The notes below the pieces were generated by a model that was not told the origin of the DNA, ran no database searches, and worked only from the letters and a program-made list of their open reading frames with translations. Below, in pieces: positions 42,249 to 51,563 of a stretch of 64,000 nt of DNA. The stretch lies in the NCBI GenBank assembly GCA_963751025.1, contig CAVVTC010000010.1, forward strand, positions 74,121 to 138,120, in the 5' to 3' direction. Numbering within the stretch: the stretch's first letter is position 1; every line of letters begins with the position of its first letter. Source of the DNA: an uncultured Acidobacteriota bacterium (GTDB lineage Bacteria > Acidobacteriota > Vicinamibacteria > Vicinamibacterales > UBA2999). Both the position numbers and the translations under genes were made by a program.

Positions 42249-42524
42249 CTAGCCCGCGAGTGATTTCACATAAAGATACGGATCGATATGACTGACGCGG
42301 CTCATCGCGGCTTCATACTGGGCGTTGGTGTTGGCACAGGCCGGTACATACTGAGGTTCCGTCTTTGTCAATTTCACCCAGATAGAGCGCAGTAAGGTGG
42401 AGAATGAACGGCTTTTTTCTGCTGCTCCGATCACCCTTTTGTCCCGCTTTTGTGGACGTGCCGTAGCGGTGCGGTGGTTGATCGTGGTGGACGTGAGTTT
42501 TGGCGCTGCAAGGACCTGTTGCAT
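42249..42524 (-). CDS. Small basic hypothetical protein (91 aa).
   Basis: An AAGGAG RBS lies ~7 nt before the ATG. The N-terminal half is Lys/Arg-rich. I did not recognise a family. Confidence 0.4.
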   Translation of the reverse strand: MQQVLAAPKLTSTTINHRTATARPQKRDKRVIGAAEKSRSFSTLLRSIWVKLTKTEPQYVPACANTNAQYEAAMSRVSHIDPYLYVKSLAG

Positions 42525-42870
42525 GAGGTGCTCCTTTTAAGGAGGTCAGTGACGTATAGCGAGAGGAGTTAGCGCTGATAACGACCCATGTGCGCTTTGT
42601 ACTTCTGGCTCGTGGAGGCATCGCAGGATGCGCGCGGGCGTAGGAGATGCAAAACAATGAGCTTACTCGTGCTAGCTGATCCCACCTATGCACTGGCCTT
42701 GGCGTTTGAGACAGATCACGATTCCAACCAAACGGTTGGTAGAATATGTTTAAATATATCATGCTAAACTGATTATGTCGAGGGTTTTAAACGATTTTTT
42801 CGGGTGTCTTGCAGGGAAATTTTATGATCGCGCCCTCTGCCAGCAGGCTGCATGGGTCGCGATTTGGCGG

Positions 42871-44046
42871 CTACATGAAATTGCGCGTATGCAGTGCAGA
42901 TAGAGCGGCGGACTGTGCCTCGTCAAAACCGAGTCTGACAAGGCGCTTTTGACGCCCTTCATCCATGTCGCGCTGCAGCTTTTGCACGCGATCCCAGCCA
43001 GCGCGAATCGCATCGTGTTCCCAGCTACCGGCGGCGAGCAGAATGAGCGCGTCAAACACCTCTTCGTTGAGGCCGGCGGTGTAGGCGAGTGCGTCATGAC
43101 GGCGATGGACGGCCACGGCGAGACGCGCCCGTAGTGTGGGGTCCTCAACGGTATGGTGCGCAAGATGCGCAAGGCCAAATGCAACGTGACGTGCTTCGTC
43201 TTGGGCAGCCAGTCGTGCAACCTCTCGCGTGATCAAGTCTGGGGCGTTCTCATGAAGAAACCATAGCAGCGAAAGGAAGCTGCCTTCGCCAAGCACCGAC
43301 AGCAAAAACGACGCAAGCGCAAAGTCCGGTTCATCAACGAGGGTTTTCAGTGAGGACTGCCCTCCGGTAGTCGATAGTCCTGGGTGCGACCGGCGCAGTA
43401 ATATCCGCCGTGTGAAAACTTCGATGTGCCGTGCTTCGTCTGCCGCCTGGATGGCGAGTAGCTGCATGACCTCGCGGAAATGTGGGTGTATCTGAGCGGC
43501 GAACTTGGCGGGGATAATCAGCGCCGCAGTTTCGTTTTCAACCAGGTACGTCATGACCTGCACCACGGCGTCCTCAACCTCATCGGACAGATCACACGGC
43601 GCATCCCATGGGATGGCAGTAGACGGGTCCCACTGTGCCGCTGCGGCCTGGGCATAAAGTCGCGCTGCCTCATCGGCCCACAGATCCGCGCGCTTATGTA
43701 GGGGGAACTCGAACACTGGCGCGCCTGCTTCAACCGTGGCGCCACGCGCTGCCAGCCCCCAGCTTCCCGGAGCGACCGCCACCACGCCGTCGGCCGTGCC
43801 GGCCTGCTGCGCCCCACGCCAGCGGCCAATCTGTGCGCCGCCGCGCGTGATCACCGCACAATGCGGGTCGATGAGGGAGAGCGGATGCCCCTGCGCCCGG
43901 CACCATCCACGCAGATGCACGGCAAACTCAGGGGCGCGACCACTGACTTGTACAGCTCCCCCGATTGGTAATCGGGTCAGGGCGCGCTTGATAAGCACAT
44001 GACCACCCTGATCGAGAGCTAACTCTCCGAGGTCCAAGACCATCAT
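42871..44046 (-). CDS. Ferritin-like di-iron carboxylate protein with an N-terminal extra domain.
   Basis: There are two E..DExRH-type ligand motifs (ENETAA..ADEARHIEVF and GEGSF..AQDEARHVAFG) in an intact 391-aa ORF. Confidence 0.7.
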   Translation of the reverse strand: MMVLDLGELALDQGGHVLIKRALTRLPIGGAVQVSGRAPEFAVHLRGWCRAQGHPLSLIDPHCAVITRGGAQIGRWRGAQQAGTADGVVAVAPGSWGLAARGATVEAGAPVFEFPLHKRADLWADEAARLYAQAAAAQWDPSTAIPWDAPCDLSDEVEDAVVQVMTYLVENETAALIIPAKFAAQIHPHFREVMQLLAIQAADEARHIEVFTRRILLRRSHPGLSTTGGQSSLKTLVDEPDFALASFLLSVLGEGSFLSLLWFLHENAPDLITREVARLAAQDEARHVAFGLAHLAHHTVEDPTLRARLAVAVHRRHDALAYTAGLNEEVFDALILLAAGSWEHDAIRAGWDRVQKLQRDMDEGRQKRLVRLGFDEAQSAALSALHTRNFM

Positions 44047-44898
44047 GCGTAACGCCCTACCAGATCGTCAACAAATGCATCAATCGTTCCGAAACGGGCG
44101 ATCGATCGGTCCAGCAGCGCATACTGCCCCGTGCGACCGGGACGCCATGCCTTCAGCCCTTCGAGATCGAGTAACGGCCGCACCTCCGGATCATCGTAAG
44201 ACATGGACAGCAACAGTTCGCGAAATCGACCAATGAGGGTCCTCGGGTGCATGGTCGAGCACGGTAAAGTTACAGTGGTCGTATTCACTGGTTTGCGTCA
44301 GCACGCGCTTGCTGCCCGAAGGCAGGGTCCCCTCAGTGCCAAACAGCAGATAATTGCCGTCGATCATGCACGCCGCGTCGACCTCACCAGCGATCAATGC
44401 CCTCGCCGCATCGCGTTCGCCCCCGATGTGATCCCCGTGCTTGCCAACCAGCACATCAAACTGTCGGACCTTGAAATCGCGATGGGGCTCCAGCCCCGCT
44501 TCAGCCAGATGCAATAAGGGGATCAAGGTCGCTTGAGGCGAATCGCCAGCGCCCACGCCGATCGTCTTTCCACGCAGATCTTCAATGGACTGAATCGGTG
44601 CATCGGCACGCACGACGACGACACTCGTCAGATCGCAATCGGTGTCTCGCATCGCGATCGCTTCGACTTTCCGGCCCACTCGTGTGGCCACTTGCTTAGC
44701 TTGCAACCAGGCAAGTGGCGAATTCCAGGCGACATGATAATGACCGGCGAAGCAACCTTCCACTTGACGTTCATAGTTCGAGTAGAGAATGTAATCGAAG
44801 TCCAATCCCCGTTGCGCAAACCATTGTTTGAACCCGTCCCAGATGGTGACGACTTTGGGATCGTAGGCAACTGCGCCCATCAGCAGTGTATTAGACAT
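44043..44898 (-). pseudogene. PhnD/periplasmic-binding-fold protein without a signal peptide. There is one frame break near ~44240.
   Basis: MSNTLLMGAVAYDPKVVTIWDGFKQWF..GHYHVAWNSPLAW..LRGKTIGVGAGDSPQATLIPL... The tail continues in ORF 44043..44288. Confidence 0.65.
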
Positions 44899-44907
44899 AG
44901 AATTTCC

Positions 44908-46029
44908 TTAAAAGACCGGGAGACCACACAGCGCCTTGCCAATAAAGTCGTAGAGCTGATCGGTAGTCGGTGCCATCACGGTGCCGGCTCGGGCGTCGCG
45001 GAATCGACGCTCGACGCCGACGTCCTTGCGAAAGGCCGCACCGCCACACACCCGCATAGCCGTGTCGAGTACGGACGTGGATGCCTCACCGACAGCCGCC
45101 TTGCATTCCAACACCCGCAGCATCACGTCCTCACGGCCGCTCTCGACGGCATCGAATGTGTCGAGCCACAGACACCGTGCCTGGTCGGTCGCAATGCGCA
45201 TGCGCGCTACGTAGGCGCGAATCGTCGGGAGTTCCGCCAGATTCGTGCCCAAATGCTCAAATTGCGTGCCAGCCACATGCGCACAGGTTGCAGCCGTCGC
45301 AGCTTCCATGAAGCCGACGCCGCAGGCCGAGGCAAGGAGATTAAAAACCGGTAGCGCCTTTTCCAGCATGATCTGCAATCCCGACCCGTCTGCACCGAGC
45401 CGATTGGCCTCCGGTACGACGACATCCTCGGCGATTACGGGCGTTGAATCATTGCCGCGTAAACCAAGTCCGTCAAATGCGCGAGGCGATGAGAGCCCGG
45501 GACTATCCCCAGGCACCCACCAGATCGTGCTCATCCCGTCAGCAGCGACTGGCGTGCTCGACCAGATATAGGCCGTCGCATGGTTGGCCGACGTCACCCA
45601 GCTCTTGTGCGCGTCCAGATGGACCCCGTCAGGGTGCAGCGTCGCCGTGCTCACGGGTGCCCAGAAGTGGCTCCGCGATCCCGCTTCTGAAAATGCCACC
45701 GTGAGTAGATGGTTACCCGCGGCAGTGGCCTGCCGTATCGTCTCGGATCCCAAGGCCTCCACGACCATCGTGGCCGTGTAGTGCATACACATGATCATCG
45801 CCGTCGAGCCGCACTCACGCGCCAATCGTTCGACCACCATGCCTGCGGCCCGGGGTCCTTCACCCATGCCGCCGACCTCTTTAGCACTCACCAGGCCCAA
45901 CAGACCGGCTTCCCGCAAGGCATTGGTCGATGCGCTCGGAAACAGCCCAGACTGATCCACCTCAAATGCATGGGCAGCGACAACCCCTGAGGCCACGGTT
46001 TCGATCACTTCCAGATAGTTCGACATCAC
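44908..46029 (-). CDS. Acyl-CoA dehydrogenase family protein.
   Basis: This is an intact 373-aa ORF with the ACAD layout (..GLLGLVSAKEVGG.., ..FSEAGSRSHFW.., ..GGAAFRKDVGVERRFRDARAG..). Confidence 0.85.
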   Translation of the reverse strand: MMSNYLEVIETVASGVVAAHAFEVDQSGLFPSASTNALREAGLLGLVSAKEVGGMGEGPRAAGMVVERLARECGSTAMIMCMHYTATMVVEALGSETIRQATAAGNHLLTVAFSEAGSRSHFWAPVSTATLHPDGVHLDAHKSWVTSANHATAYIWSSTPVAADGMSTIWWVPGDSPGLSSPRAFDGLGLRGNDSTPVIAEDVVVPEANRLGADGSGLQIMLEKALPVFNLLASACGVGFMEAATAATCAHVAGTQFEHLGTNLAELPTIRAYVARMRIATDQARCLWLDTFDAVESGREDVMLRVLECKAAVGEASTSVLDTAMRVCGGAAFRKDVGVERRFRDARAGTVMAPTTDQLYDFIGKALCGLPVF

Positions 46030-46066
46030 GTCCTCGGAGAGAAAAGAGTTTCATACGGGATGTGCA

Positions 46067-46792
46067 CTATTGCATGACCATCACTGGGTCGATTGAATAT
46101 CGACGGTTCTCAGGCGCAAACACCAGGCCACTGGCGACCTCTTCAGCTTTCTTTGCGCCGTAAAGTTTCTCCACGACGAACAGCGCAGATTCAAAAGCCG
46201 CGAGCCCGCCATTCGAGGTGATGACATTCCCGGCTTCGACAAAACGTTTGTTTTTAACCGCCTTGATCTGGGGAAACCTGCGCTGGAGCTTGCCAATGGC
46301 AGACGGAAAGGTCGTGGCCTCGCGCCCGTCGAGCAGGCCGGCTTCAGCGAGTGTGAAAGCACCCCAGCAGTGCGACGTGACGTACTGTGCCGAAGACGCG
46401 GTTTTACGGACAAAATCGATCATTGCAACATTCTCTAGATCAGTGGTGAGACTGCCATTACCGCTCGGCACCACCAGGACGTCAATGCGAGGCGCATTGG
46501 CAAAAGTAAAGTCTGCCTGTAGTGTCACGCCTTCATAAGTACGAATAGCATCTTGTGTCTGGGATACCGTAAACACATTCATCTTTTTGCCTACGTGCTT
46601 ATAGATGTCAAAAGGTGCGACAAATTCGGTAATAAAGAGATCGTTAAATAGCAAGATTCCGACATTTTGCGCACCCTCTTTGAGCTCCACGGCTGCAGCA
46701 GGTGCAATGGATAGAGCGAACAGCCCCTTAAGCAAGATAGCGATGGCGATAACGGTAGCGTATGACGTCTTCACAGCTGTTCTCCTTCGCAT
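46067..46792 (-). CDS. DJ-1/PfpI-family protein with a signal peptide.
   Basis: DVLVVPSGNG and the nucleophile elbow VTSHCWGAFTLA are present. The N-terminal hydrophobic signal is AIAILLKGLFALSIAPAAA. Confidence 0.85.
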   Translation of the reverse strand: MRRRTAVKTSYATVIAIAILLKGLFALSIAPAAAVELKEGAQNVGILLFNDLFITEFVAPFDIYKHVGKKMNVFTVSQTQDAIRTYEGVTLQADFTFANAPRIDVLVVPSGNGSLTTDLENVAMIDFVRKTASSAQYVTSHCWGAFTLAEAGLLDGREATTFPSAIGKLQRRFPQIKAVKNKRFVEAGNVITSNGGLAAFESALFVVEKLYGAKKAEEVASGLVFAPENRRYSIDPVMVMQ

Positions 46793-47297
46793 GATACAGT
46801 TCCCATTCTATCTATATCTGTCAGTATATCGTTCAGGTAGACAAGCACGCTGGCCAAGACGGTTTGCGGTTTCCAGCTTCGCATGCGGGTAGCTGATACC
46901 GTTATACTTGCTGCACCACAGATTCGACTATATCGACAAATCTGTATCTATATAGATTTGAATAACGCATATGTCAAATTGGAAATATCAATAAGAAAAG
47001 CCGGACACATAGCCTTTCCAACACGCCTGAGGATGAAAGTGCCCGACGATATCTTGAAATTGGCAAAACAAGCGACAGGGTTGAACAATTGCGAAGCCCT
47101 GAGCAAGCTGCTAGGATGCCCACATCGCTGGCCAAAACTTGCACGATCACGAATTGAAAAAGCAGCGCGGCATGCTTCAGCAACATCGGTGGTTAAACGC
47201 GAAGCCAGCACCCGGTATTGATCGATCAGTTTTTGCCGCGTTCATCTGGAAAGCTATGTAGAACATTAGCGACACACACAAAGAAGGAGACAACTCA

Positions 47298-48083
47298 ATG
47301 CCAGACAACATGATCGCAGAAAAAGACGGCGTCATTGGATGGGTGATTTTCGATCACCCCGAGCGGCTCAATGCCGTGACGCAGGATATGTGGATTGCCC
47401 TGGGTAACATCCTGGATGATTTTGAAAAAGATGATGCCGTGCGAGTGGTCGTGCTCAAAGGGGCCGGCAATCGGGCCTTTGTCTCCGGCGCGGATATTTC
47501 GAAATTTGCCAACAATCGTCGCAACGCAGAGGAAGTCGAGGCCTCGAATCGCCTCACTGGCTATGCGCGGCAAAAATTGGCAAACTTTGACAAACCCACG
47601 ATCGCGATGATCAACGGCTATTGTTTGGGTGGCGGCCTGGCAATTGCGCTGTCTTGCGATCTGCGCTTTGCCGCTGAAGGCTCGACATTCGGCATTCCAG
47701 CCGCCAAACTGGGCGTGGGATATGGGGCTCAGGGTATCGGGGTCTTACAGGCACTGGTTGGACCGGCCTATACGCGGGAAATTCTTTTTACCGGCCGCCG
47801 TTTTGATGGCGAGGAGGCGTTGCGTATGGGGTTGCTTAACCGCCTCATGTCTCGCGACGAATTGGAGCCCTACGTGCGGGAGTACGCGGAGACGATCGGC
47901 CACAATGCCCCCCTCACTTTAAAGGCGGCCAAGCTGGCCAGCACGGAGCTCCTGAAAGACGAAGAACACCGCGATCTGACATTGGTCCAGCAGGCGGTGG
48001 ATACGTGTTTTAACAGCGAGGACTACCAAGAAGGGCGCATCGCGTTTATGGAAAAACGCAAACCGGCTTTCAAGGGCCGCTAA
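47298..48083 (+). CDS. Enoyl-CoA hydratase/isomerase (crotonase) family protein.
   Basis: VVVLKGAGNRAFVSGADI and INGYCLGGGLAIALSCDLRFA are present in an intact 261-aa ORF. Confidence 0.9.
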   Translation: MPDNMIAEKDGVIGWVIFDHPERLNAVTQDMWIALGNILDDFEKDDAVRVVVLKGAGNRAFVSGADISKFANNRRNAEEVEASNRLTGYARQKLANFDKPTIAMINGYCLGGGLAIALSCDLRFAAEGSTFGIPAAKLGVGYGAQGIGVLQALVGPAYTREILFTGRRFDGEEALRMGLLNRLMSRDELEPYVREYAETIGHNAPLTLKAAKLASTELLKDEEHRDLTLVQQAVDTCFNSEDYQEGRIAFMEKRKPAFKGR

Positions 48084-48145
48084 TGGCGATGTGCAGTGGT
48101 GGTTCCGTCTTGTCAGCGATGATGCGAGAACATAGGGAGAAACAC

Positions 48146-48310
48146 ATGGTTTATCGCATGATCACGATAGGTGCCATGGTCATCGTCCTGCTCACAGGAC
48201 AGACCTGGGGCGCACAGCACCAAGCGCCACCTGTCGTCACAGAGACGGCCACACTGCCGTTGTCCAAAATCGTTCTCTACACCAGTGGTGTCGGTTATCC
48301 AGCTCGCTAA
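48146..48310 (+). pseudogene. N-terminal stub (~50 aa) of a signal-peptide protein, cut at the 48.3 kb junction.
   Basis: MVYRMITIGAMVIVLLTGQTWGAQHQAPPVVTETATLPLSKIVLYTSGVGY then runs into a stop within the junction sequence. The family is uncertain. Confidence 0.35.
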
Positions 48311-48435
48311 GTAGCTGTGCGGCGAGCTCTTCGCGACTGGACTCCTTGCGAGTCGGCATCTCGGACCCGAGATGCATCGGTACTCGCGCGGCGCAGGCGG
48401 CCGCCACAGGAACCGCTCTCAGATGGGGCTGGTGG

Positions 48436-48493
48436 GGAACGCCAGGACAGGCGTTCCGGTTTCATCACGGGGAACGCCTTGACGGCGTTCCCC
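48436..48493. repeat. Two tandem hairpins sharing the stem core GGAACGCC/GGCGTTCC, downstream of recA.
   Basis: Hairpin 1 (48436-48457) is GGAACGCC-aggaca-GGCGTTCC. Hairpin 2 (48469-48493) is GGGGAACGCC-ttgac-GGCGTTCCCC. They lie 34-90 nt past the recA stop and may act as a terminator. Confidence 0.6.
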
Positions 48494-48526
48494 AGGAGGC
48501 CTTGCTCGGTTTGGTGAGAACCGTTG

Positions 48527-49555
48527 TCAGACGACGGCGACTTCCGCTTCGCGAACCAGGCCGAGCTCGCGGCGCACGCGCTCCTCGATAGTCCGGCGGA
48601 CGTCCGGGTTGTCCTTGAGGAACTGCTTGGCGTTCTCGCGGCCCTGGCCGAGCCGCTCGCCGCCGTAGGCGAACCACGCGCCGCTCTTCTCGACGATGCG
48701 CTTTTCGACGGCCAGATCGAGCAGGTCGCCCTCGCGCGAGATGCCCTCGCCGTACATGATGTCGAACTCAGCCTCACGGAAGGGCGGGGCGACTTTGTTC
48801 TTCACGACCTTCACGCGCGTGCGTCCGCCGATCACCTGATCGCCGTCCTTGATGCTGGCGATGCGGCGGATGTCGATGCGCACCGAGGCGTAGAACTTCA
48901 GCGCGCGGCCGCCGGTGGTCGTCTCCGGGTTGCCGAACATCACGCCGATCTTCTCGCGGAGCTGGTTGATGAAGATGAGGGTCGTTTTCGATTTGGAGAC
49001 GACGCCGGTGAGCTTGCGGAGCGCCTGCGACATGAGGCGTGCCTGCAGACCCATCTGCGCTTCGCCCATCTCGCCTTCGATTTCCGCCTTCGGCACGAGC
49101 GCGGCCACCGAGTCCACGACGACGACGTCGACGCTGTTCGAGCGGATGAGGACCTCGACGATCTCGAGCGCCTGCTCGCCGTTGTCTGGCTGAGACACGA
49201 GCAGGTTCTCGAGATCGACGCCGAGCTTCTGCGCGTACTGGGCGTCGAGCGCGTGCTCGGCATCGACGAACGCGGCCATGCCGCCGTTTCTGTGAGCTTC
49301 GGCAATGACCTGGAGCGCCAGCGTCGTCTTGCCGGATGACTCCGGCCCGAAGATCTCGATGACGCGGCCGCGGGGCAGGCCTCCGATGCCGAGGGCGTAG
49401 TCGATGCTGATGGAGCCGGTTGAAATGGATTCCATCGGGGCAATGGCCCCGCGCTGTCCGAGGCGCATGATCGAGCCCTTGCCGAACTGCTTCTCGATCT
49501 GGCCGACGGCGTTGTCGATGGCTTTGGTGCGTTCCTTCAGGTCTTCGAGCGGCAT
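48527..49555 (-). CDS. recA: Recombinase A.
   Basis: [19 protein letters not shown] (Walker A), [42 protein letters not shown]. The start was chosen at [14 protein letters not shown].. Confidence 0.95.
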   Translation of the reverse strand: MPLEDLKERTKAIDNAVGQIEKQFGKGSIMRLGQRGAIAPMESISTGSISIDYALGIGGLPRGRVIEIFGPESSGKTTLALQVIAEAHRNGGMAAFVDAEHALDAQYAQKLGVDLENLLVSQPDNGEQALEIVEVLIRSNSVDVVVVDSVAALVPKAEIEGEMGEAQMGLQARLMSQALRKLTGVVSKSKTTLIFINQLREKIGVMFGNPETTTGGRALKFYASVRIDIRRIASIKDGDQVIGGRTRVKVVKNKVAPPFREAEFDIMYGEGISREGDLLDLAVEKRIVEKSGAWFAYGGERLGQGRENAKQFLKDNPDVRRTIEERVRRELGLVREAEVAVV

Positions 49556-49793
49556 GCGATCTCCTTGGCGTGTGGCCGTGTTGAAATCAGTGTGGCTTGG
49601 TGGTGTGACAGAGGTGGTCACGGCCGCGATCGATCCTAAGAGCGTGCCGAGCGAAAGTCAAGCGAAAATATGTGCGATATTCGGAGTGTTTCACGTCATT
49701 CTGAACTGGGGCGTTCGCAGAAACCGCCGAATCCATCGGGGTGTTTTCGCGCAGTTTCTGCAACGGTCCGCGGCTGGTCCGAAAGGACCGGCC

Positions 49794-50978
49794 CTACATT
49801 CGCTCGACCGCGAGCGCGACGCCGTTGCCGCCGCCCAGACACAGCGCCGCGATCCCCTTCTGCATCCGTCGCTGCTTCAAGGCATAGAGCAGCGTCGTCA
49901 GAATGCGGGCGCCGCTCGCGCCAATCGGATGGCCGAGCGCGACCGCGCCGCCATTCACGTTGACCTTCTTGGGATCGAGGCCGAGCTGTCGCATCACCGC
50001 GATCAGCTGAACCGAGAAGGCCTCGTTGATCTCGAAGAGATCGACGTCCTCCATCGTCCATCCCGTCTTCGCGAGCACGCGGCGGATGGCCTCGACCGGC
50101 GTCATCAGCAGGTGCTTCGGGGCCAGACCGCTCGACGCCTGCGCAACGATGCGGGCCATCGGCGTCAGTCCCAGCTCTTTCGCGCGCGCGCTCGACATCA
50201 CGACCAGTGCCGCGGCGCCGTCGTTGACCGGGAGGCGCGTTGCCCGCGGTGACCGTGCCGTCCTTCGGCGAACGCCGGCGCGAGGCGCGGCAGCGCCTCG
50301 AGCGTCGTGTCGCGGCGAATCGACTCGTCGTGCGACGAAGACGATCGCCGCGCCTTTCTTCTGCGGGCAGCGTCACGGGAAGGATCTCCGCGGCGAAGCG
50401 CCCGGCATCGGTGGCCGCGGCCGCCTTCTGGTGACTCTCGAGCGCGTAGGCGTCCTGCGCCTGCCGTCCGATTCCGCACTCGGTCGCCACGACTTCTCCG
50501 GCCTTGCCCATGTGCCAGTTTTCGAAGCTGCACCAGAGGCCGTCGTTGATCATCGAGTCGATGACCTGGCCGTGCCCCATGCGCAGGCCTTCGCGCACGC
50601 GCGCCAGCAGATACGGCGCGCTGCTCATCGACTCCATGCCGCCCGCAACGACGACCGAGGCGTCGCCGGTCGCGATCGCCTGGGCGGCCAGCATCACCGC
50701 CTTGAGCCCGGACCCGCAGACCTTGTTGATGGTCAAGGCCGACACACGGTCGGACAGCCCTCCACGCAGCGCCGCCTGACGGGCCGGCGCCTGTCCGAGC
50801 CCGGCCGAGACGACGTTGCCCATGATGCATTCGTCAACGATCGCCGGGATCGACGCCGGCCCGGCGCACAGCCTCCCGGACGACCATCGCCCCGAGCTGC
50901 GGCGCGGTGAAGTCCTTGAGCGCGCCGAGGAACTTTCCCGTCGGCAGGCGGGCAGCCGAGACGATGACGGTTTCCATG
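49794..50978 (-). pseudogene. Acetyl-CoA C-acetyltransferase (thiolase II) with about three frame breaks.
   Basis: METVIVSAARLPTGKFLGALKD.., ..INKVCGSGLKAVMLAAQ (active Cys).. and the C-terminus ..[34 protein letters not shown] (ORF 49794..50201) are present. The middle is read in the frame of ORF 49696..50823. Confidence 0.85.
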
Positions 50979-51041
50979 ACCTGATTCTAAGTCGTTCGAT
51001 GGGTTCGGGCTCGGAGTGTTAACCGGCGGCCCCGGCCCCCG

Positions 51042-51560
51042 TTGTATCGTCAGCAGCGACCGGACTGGACCGCGGAGGAGCGCATGGACTCAGAAATCAT
51101 CATCGTCCCGTCTCTGTTCTTCATGATTGGCTGGATCGTCTTCGTCATCGTGGACGGGGTCCGGCGGCGACAGCAGACCAGGGTCTTTACCGAGTTTCAC
51201 GGCAAACTGCTGGATCGCATCGGCTCGGCCAAGGAGTTCGGCGAGTTCTTCGCCAGCGATGCCGGGAGTCGTTTCCTGAGCTCGATGTCGAGCAGCGAAA
51301 GCGGCGCGCCGCAGATACGGATTCTGCGCTCGTTGCAGACCGGCCTCATCCTGCTCTCGCTGGGCATCGGCTTGTTCATCCTGACCAACGAGAGGACCTT
51401 TTCTCTCGAGGCCATGGACGGCCTGGTGGTGACCGCGACGGCGGCGGCGGCGATTGGTGCGGGGCTGGTCGTGTCCACCGCGATGTCCTATGTGCTCTCG
51501 AAGCGGATGGGACTCATCGAGCGGTCGCGGGTCAGACGGGATCAGGACGCCTCGGTCTAG
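51042..51560 (+). CDS. Hypothetical membrane protein. The start is uncertain and could be MDSE.. at 51084.
   Basis: TM segments IIIVPSLFFMIGWIVFVIV, LQTGLILLSLGIGLFIL and AAAAIGAGLVVSTAM are present. It lies directly upstream of the ECF sigma gene. Confidence 0.5.
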   Translation: MYRQQRPDWTAEERMDSEIIIVPSLFFMIGWIVFVIVDGVRRRQQTRVFTEFHGKLLDRIGSAKEFGEFFASDAGSRFLSSMSSSESGAPQIRILRSLQTGLILLSLGIGLFILTNERTFSLEAMDGLVVTATAAAAIGAGLVVSTAMSYVLSKRMGLIERSRVRRDQDASV

Positions 51561-51563
51561 ATC

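Noticed and set aside
44533-45354. 273-aa plus-strand ORF.
   Set aside because: It is antisense to the PhnD-fold and ACAD genes and has no motifs.
46883-47221. 112-aa plus-strand ORF and the perfect palindrome ATCTATATAGAT (46946-46957) in the DJ-1 / crotonase intergenic region.
   Set aside because: The ORF has no usable RBS at any candidate start, and its N-terminus is low-complexity. A 12-bp AT palindrome in an AT-rich spacer may be chance. It could be an operator, but there is nothing to tie it to a regulator.
48310-48430. The idea that the truncated minus-strand ORF after recA is recX.
   Set aside because: Only ~25 residues (MHLGSEMPTRKESSREELAAQLLSEL) remain before the junction. That is too little to assign a family.
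48307-49339. ORFs 48307..48777 (-) and 48524..49339 (+) overlapping recA.
   Set aside because: They are out-of-frame or antisense to an unmistakable recA, with the Arg/Ala-rich composition typical of GC-rich shadow ORFs.
49404-50910. Several 200-300-aa ORFs (49404..50252 +, 50026..50910 +, 50198..50830 -).
   Set aside because: They are alternative frames or antisense to the thiolase gene. Only the thiolase frames carry catalytic motifs.
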